From the NCBI GenBank assembly GCA_947452215.1, contig CANGCD010000001.1, forward strand, positions 1 to 61,561: a stretch of 61,561 bases of DNA, in the 5' to 3' direction. The notes below the pieces were generated by a model. That model saw nothing but the letters and a program-made list of their open reading frames with translations. It was not told the origin of the DNA and did not search any database. Made by a program: the position numbers and the translations under genes. Of this stretch, positions 11,401-19,600 are shown piece by piece (the first letter of the stretch is position 1; each line of letters opens with the position of its first letter). The stretch is from Cytophagaceae bacterium. Lineage in GTDB: Bacteria > Bacteroidota > Bacteroidia > Cytophagales > Spirosomataceae.

Positions 11401-11487
11401 ATTGATGGGAAAAGTTACTTGGGCTTGAAGTCCATGCACGAGGAAAGTGAGTAAGACCCCGAGACTCCTGAAGGAGAATATTTTCAT
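8467..11487 (-). CDS. Secreted two-domain amidohydrolase-family protein
   Basis: Two amidohydrolase-like halves; the C-terminal half has IIDEHSH, INSDD and GSIAPGKDAD. Signal peptide present. Confidence 0.87.
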   Translation of the reverse strand: MKIFSFRSLGVLLTFLVHGLQAQVTFPINDVANPRAGYYAFVHATVVKDAKTTLQNATLIIKQGRIEAVGTAVAIPKDAVVIECKGKFIYPSFVDAFSDYGMEAVSASNYSYRAPSQMLSNTKGPFSWNQALKSEVEHAKHFVVNESKAKDLRKLGFGSVSTLQADGISRGTSALVSLAKDRENMVILKEKTAAHFSFEKGSSTQDYPGSLMGSVALLRQNFLDAQWYKSKPAQEGLNLSLDRFNQNAGLPQIFAVTEKWNVLRADKIGDEFGVQYIIKGSGDEYQRIDEMKATKAAFILPLAFPQTIDVEDPTDMRFVNVAELKHWELAPTNPAAFEKANISFALTANGLKDVTTFLPNLRKAIQYGLSEQRALEALTVTPAQLLGVADLVGTLDQGKVANFFISTGPVFAEKSAIIENWVQGSAYAVQTDLWTNLAGTYQVSLGANTAKLVIQGEPGSYKASLIASDTTQVDLSQKDQLVNLGYASKADKSQRVRLTGSYDGTSISGTGQLASGNWISWKAIRSEAAKSDSSLAKVTKPEAVGDVVFPFNGFGQKTIAKQENLLIQHATVWTNEKQGVLKDADVLVKAGKIVQVGKGLKDASARIVDGTGKHVTAGIIDEHSHVGATGGINECTQSVTAEARIADVIDPDDVDIYRQLSGGVTASHILHGSCNVIGGQTQLLKFRWGQNAEALKFSNWDPFIKFALGENVKRSWNTSNPRFPDTRMGVEQVLTDAFTRARDYEKQGPGKRIDLELETLLEILNKKRFITCHSYVQSEINAILKVADKFGFTVNTLTHILEGYKVADKMKAHGASASTFGDWWNYKMEVLDAIPQNAAIMQAVGVNVAINSDDAEMARRLNQEAAKSVKYAGMSEEDALKMVTLNPAKMLHVADRVGSIAPGKDADLVIWSDHPLSIYAKSEKTIVDGTVVFDRAEDAKLQVSLQAEKQRLIQKMIASKKGGAPTRASAPSVKKQNMCEEDHNHDKSLWERIASRYIDDVDHTIE

Positions 11488-11642
11488 AGGTATGCATTAT
11501 TGATGAAGGAACAAGATAGTTAATTTTTTATATAATTTTATGCCCATCTCTAGGTTGCATAAATCAAATGCCATTATAATAAATACATGTTTTGTTGTAA
11601 ATTGTGAGCCTAGAAAGATTCAACCTTATTGAACGGTTTACT

Positions 11643-13409
11643 ATGATTCGGAAATTGTTCCTACTTCTTGTGATTTTGTCCGGTGCATTCCATGTGAGTT
11701 TGGCGCAAAATTTTGGCGATTTTACGTTTTCGGCATTGCCGCAAGATTTTCAATTATATCCGAGGAAATCAACTAATGAGGCGACTATTGCTATCGATGG
11801 AAAATTATCAAAAAATACCTATTCAGATTTAGGATTTTTCCTAACCCGCAATGGCGTGTTAAATAAGGTCATAAAGCAGAAATTAACTTTTACGAACAAT
11901 AGTGCATCTTTCTCACAACGCATGAACATCAAAGCTGAATTAGCTGAATATGGACTTGATGTGTATGCGTATAATGGCAAAGATTCAACCAAAATAGTTT
12001 CCCGCAATAACATCGTTTCTGGGGATGTCTATTTTGTCACAGGACAATCGAACGCCTGGATTGGGGAAATCGATAAAACGGTTTATATGAAGGAATGGGT
12101 TCGTTCCTTTGGGCTTGTGCAGCCCCCCAATAATTATGGTCCCTATAATAAGGCGGATACGCTTTGGACAGTCCCGAATGACGTTTCAAGCAAACAAATT
12201 AATCGGATTGGGCCTTTTGCGGCAGAAATGGCCCGACTGATCATTGAATCTGAAAATATTCCCGTGGCCATGTTAAATTCGGGGGCGGGAGGAAGTTATA
12301 TCGACTTTCACTTACAACTCGATGGAAAAATTGACGGCGTAATTGATGGAGGTAATATTATGTATTACAAAGCGGTCAAAGCGGGGGTCGTTAATGATGT
12401 TAAGGGAATCATTTACCGACAGGGGGAAAACGAATCCGCGGAAAAAGACTTGGCAATTCTGTGGCCAACCAAATTAAATCAACTTTTAGATAAGTATAAA
12501 AAATACTTCCCATCAGCTCAATACGTTTTTGCTCCGCAATTAAATGTGTATGAATTTATGTGCTCGGAAGCGGCTAAATTAAGGGAAACGGTTAGGAATT
12601 TACATACGAATAACGCGTATGTGAAATCATTTGCCACGGTAGGTACGCAAGGATTCGATCGGTTACACTATTCCGTTAAAGGATATCAGCAATCCGCTTT
12701 AGAACAATTTCGCTTGATCTCGAAATACGTTTATAAGAAAACCTATTCCCCACAAATTGAAAGCCCAAATATCAAACGTGCGTATTTCGAGTCTGAGCAA
12801 ACACGAAATAAATTGTTCTTAGAATTTGATGAGGGACAGGAATTAAGCATTATTCAAGATACGACGATTACCGACTTACAAGGGAATCGCGTGACGCGAA
12901 AATTGGCTAAGAATTTTTATTGGGATGCTATAAATATGGGATCATTCGAACCATATATTAAACAAATAGAAGCGTCAGGCAATAAAATAATCATCACATT
13001 TACACAGGATTATTTAGGTAATGTCATTGGTTACCTACCGGATTACAACCGTGATTTTATTTTAGGGAAAAGCGAATTTGCATTTCAGGGACCCTTCATT
13101 AAGAATAAATTAGGCATGCGCGCTTTTGCATTTTCAGCCATGCCGGTCGTTTCACTCGATAAGCTGAGTTTTGACTTTAGATGTAGTCCGAATCCAAGTA
13201 CTGATTTGGTCGAACTTTATTGGGAAAATCCCGCAAATGGGGATTTGGAAATTTATGATATGGCGGGTAAGCTCGTTTATAAAAACACATTGACCAAAAC
13301 CAATTACATTTCGATCAATACGAGCACCTGGATAAGTGCAAACTATTTCATTACCTTCAAATCAAACACGGGGCGTAATTATAGCAAACGTTTAGCTATC
13401 CTACGTTAA
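11643..13409 (+). CDS. SGNH/sialate O-acetylesterase-like (SASA) protein with T9SS type A sorting domain
   Basis: GQSN, QGENE and DRLH catalytic motifs. C-terminal SPNPS...IYDMAGKLV...YFI CTD. Signal peptide from MIRKLF. Confidence 0.82.
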   Translation: MIRKLFLLLVILSGAFHVSLAQNFGDFTFSALPQDFQLYPRKSTNEATIAIDGKLSKNTYSDLGFFLTRNGVLNKVIKQKLTFTNNSASFSQRMNIKAELAEYGLDVYAYNGKDSTKIVSRNNIVSGDVYFVTGQSNAWIGEIDKTVYMKEWVRSFGLVQPPNNYGPYNKADTLWTVPNDVSSKQINRIGPFAAEMARLIIESENIPVAMLNSGAGGSYIDFHLQLDGKIDGVIDGGNIMYYKAVKAGVVNDVKGIIYRQGENESAEKDLAILWPTKLNQLLDKYKKYFPSAQYVFAPQLNVYEFMCSEAAKLRETVRNLHTNNAYVKSFATVGTQGFDRLHYSVKGYQQSALEQFRLISKYVYKKTYSPQIESPNIKRAYFESEQTRNKLFLEFDEGQELSIIQDTTITDLQGNRVTRKLAKNFYWDAINMGSFEPYIKQIEASGNKIIITFTQDYLGNVIGYLPDYNRDFILGKSEFAFQGPFIKNKLGMRAFAFSAMPVVSLDKLSFDFRCSPNPSTDLVELYWENPANGDLEIYDMAGKLVYKNTLTKTNYISINTSTWISANYFITFKSNTGRNYSKRLAILR

Positions 13410-13413
13410 TACA

Positions 13414-13809
13414 TCATTGCTCTAATACGTAACAATGTGCATGGTGTTGCATCCCTATCTTCGGATAATAGCCTTCCGCAGCTGGAGCAGCTAATAAGAT
13501 AATCTTTGCCTTGGGAATAGCTACTTGTATTTCCTGAATAAGTCGCTTCCCGATACCCTGTTTTTGATAGGCTTCATCCACCGCTAAGTCCGACAAGTAG
13601 CTGGTGAATACAAAATCCGTCATTACGCGCGCGAGCCCAACCAATTGAGATCCATCAAAGGCGCCAACATACACATTCCCATATTGAAACATCGTCTCCA
13701 TCGCTTCAGAATCATGAACAGGACGCCGTTCTCCTAAGGTAGACCGATTTAAAATATCAATAAAATCATGTACTGTGATTTCTGGATGTACTTGGTAGGT
13801 GATAGCCAT
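13414..13809 (-). CDS. GNAT family N-acetyltransferase
   Basis: LSDLAVDEAYQKQGIGK acetyl-CoA motif. Confidence 0.88.
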   Translation of the reverse strand: MAITYQVHPEITVHDFIDILNRSTLGERRPVHDSEAMETMFQYGNVYVGAFDGSQLVGLARVMTDFVFTSYLSDLAVDEAYQKQGIGKRLIQEIQVAIPKAKIILLAAPAAEGYYPKIGMQHHAHCYVLEQ

Positions 13810-13897
13810 GAAGGTATATTTAATTCTGTCAAATTTAATTTATTGTTCTCAATTCAGCACACAGCGCCTATCTTTGCGACGAATTAAATCCGCCACC

Positions 13898-14518
13898 ATG
13901 ACACAATTATTAAAACCATTAATCGAACAAATTACGAAGGATCCCTTTGTCCACGCACAATGGTTGAACACCCTTTCCTACATGGAAAATACGGGTGCCA
14001 AAAAAATATCCCGGTTCGAGTCGAAAACCGATGTCAGTTTATTGATTCTCAAACATGCGGCAGAAGAGCATCGCCATGCCTATTATTTAAAGAAGCAGAT
14101 TTCAAAACTCACGCCTACCGGATTTGAAAATTACGAAGACGCCTGGCTAATCAGTCCCAAAACATCTAAATACTATTTAGATATGCTTGATGTTTGGGTC
14201 AGCAAATACATTAAAAAGACATTGGGCTTGTCGGGCTACGACCTAAAATGGGCGTCCTATTTATTGGTCACTTATGCAATCGAAGTACGAGCAGATGAAT
14301 TATATCCCATCTACCAAGATATTCTGACGGCCAAACAATCCAAAATTCAGGTAAAATCTATCATCGTTGAGGAGGTGGGCCATTTAAATGAGATGAAAAC
14401 ACAATTAGCCGCATTTTCTCCCGACTGGGAAACGCATGCAACCGTTGCTTGTGAGCTAGAAAATCAGTTATTTCAGTCTTGGGTTCAAAGTTTAACCCAA
14501 CTCTATCCTTTAAACTAA
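13898..14518 (+). CDS. Ferritin-like diiron four-helix-bundle protein, unknown function
   Basis: E (MEN), EEHRH, E (IEVRA), EEVGH pattern. Start at MTQLL, downstream of a TATCTTTG box. Confidence 0.7.
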   Translation: MTQLLKPLIEQITKDPFVHAQWLNTLSYMENTGAKKISRFESKTDVSLLILKHAAEEHRHAYYLKKQISKLTPTGFENYEDAWLISPKTSKYYLDMLDVWVSKYIKKTLGLSGYDLKWASYLLVTYAIEVRADELYPIYQDILTAKQSKIQVKSIIVEEVGHLNEMKTQLAAFSPDWETHATVACELENQLFQSWVQSLTQLYPLN

Positions 14519-14524
14519 TATCCT

Positions 14525-15586
14525 ATGCTAACGCTGATATATTCCCTTTTTTCTCTTTTTAGGCCGTCTGCTGACACCTTACTTGTGGGCTCATATACCC
14601 AACAAGGCAATGCGGGAATCGAAATAATCGATCCAAAATCCGGGAAAAGCTTCGAACAAATCAATGTGCCACAGGCATCTTATCAGTATTTATCAGCTGA
14701 CAGGCAAATACTCTTTTCCGTGTCAGAACAAGTAGGCAATAAGGGCGCCGTATATAGTTTCAAGAAAAATAAAGCGGGGAAATGGGAACAAATGAACCAA
14801 CAACTTACGGAAGGTGACGCACCCTGCCACATCAATTTTCGTAAGAAAAGTCAGACCTTATATACGGCGAATTACATGGGAGGAAGTATTTCGGTATTCC
14901 AAACAAAACAAGGGATGATCGCTCCCGTCAGTCAGAAGTTGGAATATTTTGGAAATGGTAAATATCCCCAACAAGCTTCATCGCATGCCCATATGGTGGT
15001 GCTGTCACAGTCGGAAAATATGTTGCATGTCTCCGATTTAGGATGCGATAAAATTTATCATTACACGGTCCGACCGGATGGTTTATTGGAAACTAAATAT
15101 CATGTAACGCAGTTCCCTGCAGGTACGGGTCCTCGTCATTTTGTCTTTTCCGCCGATGAAAAATTCGTATATGTGGTAGGTGAATTGAGTGGAACGGTGG
15201 ATGTAATGGCTGTTGGGCCCACCGAATGGACCCCTATTCAGCGCGAGATCATCGATTTTTCCAAATCGGAAGGCCCCAAAGCAAGTGCTGATATCCATAT
15301 CTCTCCGAATGGGAAATGGCTTATAGCATCCAATCGGATTACACAGAATTCCCTGGCCCTATTTACTATCGAAACGTCGACAGGTAAGATATCCTTTCAT
15401 CATGAGGTGCTGGTGGGAAAAGTGCCTCGAAATTTTCAGTTTGATCAGTCGGGCAAGAAAATATATGTTGCATGCAAAGACGAAAATCGAATTCAACAAT
15501 TTTCATTTGATCCGGAAACGGGAGCCATACAGGACCTACATGCGGATATTCAAATCAAAGGTCCCGTAGCGATACAAGTTCTTTAG
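14525..15586 (+). CDS. Lactonase family beta-propeller (6-phosphogluconolactonase-like)
   Basis: TANYMGGS, HAH, DLGCD, GPRHFVF, PRNF. Confidence 0.87.
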   Translation: MLTLIYSLFSLFRPSADTLLVGSYTQQGNAGIEIIDPKSGKSFEQINVPQASYQYLSADRQILFSVSEQVGNKGAVYSFKKNKAGKWEQMNQQLTEGDAPCHINFRKKSQTLYTANYMGGSISVFQTKQGMIAPVSQKLEYFGNGKYPQQASSHAHMVVLSQSENMLHVSDLGCDKIYHYTVRPDGLLETKYHVTQFPAGTGPRHFVFSADEKFVYVVGELSGTVDVMAVGPTEWTPIQREIIDFSKSEGPKASADIHISPNGKWLIASNRITQNSLALFTIETSTGKISFHHEVLVGKVPRNFQFDQSGKKIYVACKDENRIQQFSFDPETGAIQDLHADIQIKGPVAIQVL

Positions 15587-15637
15587 GCCTTACATGAAAA
15601 TTGTGGAGTCGCGATAATCCGCAGATACACGGATATT

Positions 15638-15666
15638 AAAAGAGCCCCAATTTCCTGGGGCTCTTT
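15638..15666. terminator. Bidirectional intrinsic terminator
   Basis: AAAAGAGCCCCA-ATTTCC-TGGGGCTCTTT between convergent genes. Confidence 0.75.
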
Positions 15667-15669
15667 GTC

Positions 15670-16596
15670 TTACTTAGCTAATGAATAGCGCAGGGCTATT
15701 TCGTGTGACTGTATGCTCATCTTACTCAATACCGAGGTAGGCATCTCGTATACGTAGCCTATGTAAATTTTCTTAGCAGCTTGAACGCCTAAACGTACAC
15801 CCCAGCTGTCTTGATGACGATAGTTGAAGCCTATATCAAAGCGATCACTCACATGGGCATACACATTGGCATCCCAGCTCAATGGCACGTCTTTCGCACT
15901 ACGCACTAAGGCCGAAGGGTATAAACTTAGTTGGTCGTTAATCTTCAACTTAGTCCCGACCATTGTATAAAAATAAGCTACGTCTTTGTAAGCTCCGCTA
16001 CCTAAATCGTATTTGAATAAACGAGGTTGTGAAACACTAAAAAAGAAGCCATCTCCTTTATTCAATTTTATACCCCATCCCGTATTAAACATCAGACCAG
16101 TAGACCGACTTCCGCTAAACAATGCATCTCCATCGTGTACCAATGATAATCCTGCAAAATCCAAACTCAGGTTTGAGAATCCGGCACGAATTCCTCCAGA
16201 TAAACGCCATTGCTCGTTGAGCTTTGTGTGATAGGCATAATCCCCAGAGATTGCGGTAACTTTTACTGGACCCGCTTGGTCATACATCGCATTAAAACCG
16301 ATGCCACTTTGCTGCTTGAATTTTAAGTTTCCCGAAATCGCATAAGTAACGGGGGCTCCTTCTACCCCAGCCCATTGCTGCCGATTGATAACCGTGATGT
16401 TACTCACCGAGTCGCTGCCTGCATGTGATGGAGATATAATTTGTGGGTTTAATCGATAAGAAGTGTACATCGTTTCAACCTGACCAAAACCATCTGTCGA
16501 AATCATATTCAACATAACTAGGGAAACAAGGGTCAAAAGACCCTTGATCCACTTAAATTGATCTACTCTCTTATTAATATTTATATGTGCTTTCAT
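15670..16596 (-). CDS. PorP/SprF family T9SS outer-membrane protein
   Basis: Y..NP..I.P..AG, RQQWAGVEGAP, GYVYE...SHEI. Lies directly downstream of a type-B CTD protein. Confidence 0.9.
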   Translation of the reverse strand: MKAHININKRVDQFKWIKGLLTLVSLVMLNMISTDGFGQVETMYTSYRLNPQIISPSHAGSDSVSNITVINRQQWAGVEGAPVTYAISGNLKFKQQSGIGFNAMYDQAGPVKVTAISGDYAYHTKLNEQWRLSGGIRAGFSNLSLDFAGLSLVHDGDALFSGSRSTGLMFNTGWGIKLNKGDGFFFSVSQPRLFKYDLGSGAYKDVAYFYTMVGTKLKINDQLSLYPSALVRSAKDVPLSWDANVYAHVSDRFDIGFNYRHQDSWGVRLGVQAAKKIYIGYVYEMPTSVLSKMSIQSHEIALRYSLAK

Positions 16597-16630
16597 GCTA
16601 TATCGTATTGCTAAATGTTGTTTCCAGTGA

Positions 16631-19600
16631 TTACTTATCCAATCGGTTTACATAAATAAATGCCTTCACGTTGGGTTTATTGCCCTTGTAATCCACTACA
16701 TAGTAATAGGTTCCATCGGGTAATAAGCTGTCGCTAGCCAATAAATCGAATGCCCGATCGGTTTGGCCATGCCAATCATTCAGATAATTATCTTTCTGAT
16801 AAACGATATTTCCCCAGCGGTTGTAAATCGTAACAGTATTAGGCTGTGCATTTAAGATTCCCGGAATAATAAATGTGTCGTTCTTCCCGTCGCCATTTGG
16901 TGAAATACCTTGTGGCATGAAGCTTGGGCATTGATCTGCATCTAAGCGATTCGGAATGCCATCGTGATCACAATCCGTTAATCCACTGATGTTCACATTT
17001 TCCTCATCTTTATCCAAAATACCATCGTTATCGGAATCGAAATCTCTAAAGTCATAGGTCAAATCTTTATCCGAATCCAATGGATTTTTAGGATCGGAAC
17101 CTGCTTCAACTTTATCCGAAATACCATCATTATCCGAATCCAAATCTCTAAAGTCGGCTGCACCATCTTTATCCGTATCCACCGGTGTCGCCGTTGGGCC
17201 TTTCTCAATGTTATCCGAAATCGTATCACTATCAGAATCCAGGTCACGATAGTCCGGTATGCCATCCCCATCCGTATCCACAGGTGATGCTGTTGGCCCT
17301 TTCTCGATATTATCCGAGATGCCATCATTATCCGAATCCAAATCTCTAAAGTCATAAACCCCGTCACCGTCAGTATCCACCGGTGTAGCTGATGGACCTT
17401 TCTCGATGTTATCTAAGATACCATCATTATCTGAATCCAAGTCTCTAAAGTCGGCTGTTCCGTCCCCATCCGTATCGACCGGAGAAGCTGTAGGCCCTTT
17501 CTCAATGTTATCTGATATACCATCATTATCGGAATCTAGGTCACGATAATCAGGTGTTCCGTCGCCATCCGTATCTACCGGGGTTGCCGTCGGTCCTTTC
17601 TCCAAATTATCTGAAATACCATCGTTATCAGAATCGATATCGCGGTAATCTGGCAAACCGTCTTTGTCCGTATCGACCGGTGTGGCTGTTGGACCTTTCT
17701 CGATGTTATCAGAAATGCCATCATTATCAGAATCCAAGTCTCTAAAGTCATAAACCCCATCACCATCGGTATCCAAAGGTTTCGTCGGATTGATTCCTGC
17801 TTCAATCGCATCGCTGATGCCATCGTTGTCTGAATCTAAATCGCGGAAATCAGGCGTGCCATCCTTGTCCGTATCAACAGGAACGGCTGGGTCTTTTCCT
17901 GCTTCAATCGAATCTGGAATGCCGTCATTGTCGGAATCCACATCGCGGAAGTCTGCAATCCCATCCTTATCAGTATCAACTGGATTAATCGGGTTAATTC
18001 CAGCCTCAACTGCATCAGGAATTCCATCGTTATCGGAATCGAGATCCAAGAAATCTGGGGAACCATCTTTATCTGTGTCTACAGAAGCGCCCGTGGTGGC
18101 ATATTCAGCACGGTCGTCAAAGCCATTTTCGTTATTATCCAGACGGTCTGTGCAAGTCACGCAGGTCGTTGGACCTTCAATCCGATCCAGGATTCCATCT
18201 CCGTCACTGTCTAAATCTAAGAAATTCGGAGCGCCGTCACCATCTAGGTCATTTATCCCTTCATGCTGATCGGATAGTTTATCACCGTCGCTGTCCAAAT
18301 CTCGGTAGTTGGGCAAAGAATCCCCATCCAAATCACTCCCTAATTCAATACGATCTAAAATACCATCGTTATCTGAATCTAAATCTAAGAAATCCGCCGT
18401 TCCATCTCCATCCGTATCAGGTACTTCAACAGAGGCACCTCCCATAGCTGATTCCACACAATCCACTAAGCCGTTGCCGTTAGCGTCATTCGTGCAATCC
18501 ACACGACCATTGCTATTCCCATCTACGGGATTGCGGTACTTGGTTAGGCCTTCGAAGCTATCCAAAATGCCGTCGCCGTCTGAATCTAAATCAAGGAAGT
18601 TAGCTTGACCATCACGATCAAAGTCTGTTCCCGTTTCTCTACTATCCAAAATTCCATCGTTGTCTGAATCAATATCGATGTAATCAAAATGTCCATCACC
18701 ATCGGAGTCAACGCGTTTTTCGGAACGATCTAAAATTCCATCGTTGTCAGAGTCTTGGTCCAAATAATCAGGGATACCATCATGGTCAAAATCCTCGCAA
18801 TTATTACCGCCGTTGTGACATTCAAGTCCATTCGAAATACCATCGCCGTCACAATCTTCTTCACGGAAAACATCGTAGGCTGGTGTGCCAAAAACGGGGG
18901 CAATACCCGAACCATCAACACAAAAATTAAGTGGCGCCGAATCGGTACGATTGGGATTCCCATCGCCATCGCAATCGGCATTTTGCCAGGAAACAGACGT
19001 ATTGGCAATAATTTGATTGGCTGCGAAATAGCTACAACCATCGTTTGGATTTGTTCCATCTAAAAGTTCTTGTGCATCGCTGACACCATCTCCGTCGGAA
19101 TCAACAAACGCGCTGGTAATAGTAGCAACTACGGCCGTGCGGGAAGATGAAATACAACCTGTGATCGTATTCCTAGCTTCCACGTAATAAGTAGTGGTTG
19201 AACTGATACTAGGTGTTGTAAAAGATAAGCCGGATGCTAAGGAAGATCCTCCACTCGAAGCCGCAAACCAATCCAAAGTAGCTCCTGCAGATGCAGTTCC
19301 AGCTAAACTAACAGTTCCTGTTCCTACATTAGATCCTCCTGAAGTTCCTGTAACCGTTGGCAAGGCATTTACTACTCCTGTTCCTGTGGGAATGTTTACA
19401 TCCGCAGCTCCCGTAGTCGATACAACGATATTTCCAGATGCACCATTGCTAGCTGAACTTGTCAAACGAACATAGATGGTTGTAGTTGAAACCGTACCTG
19501 AAGAAGGTGAAATGGAAACAGAACCTAAATAACCCGTTCCATTTAAGGAAACCTCATAGCCAGATGGTGCGGTAATAACCAAATTGGCGGTCAACAATGT

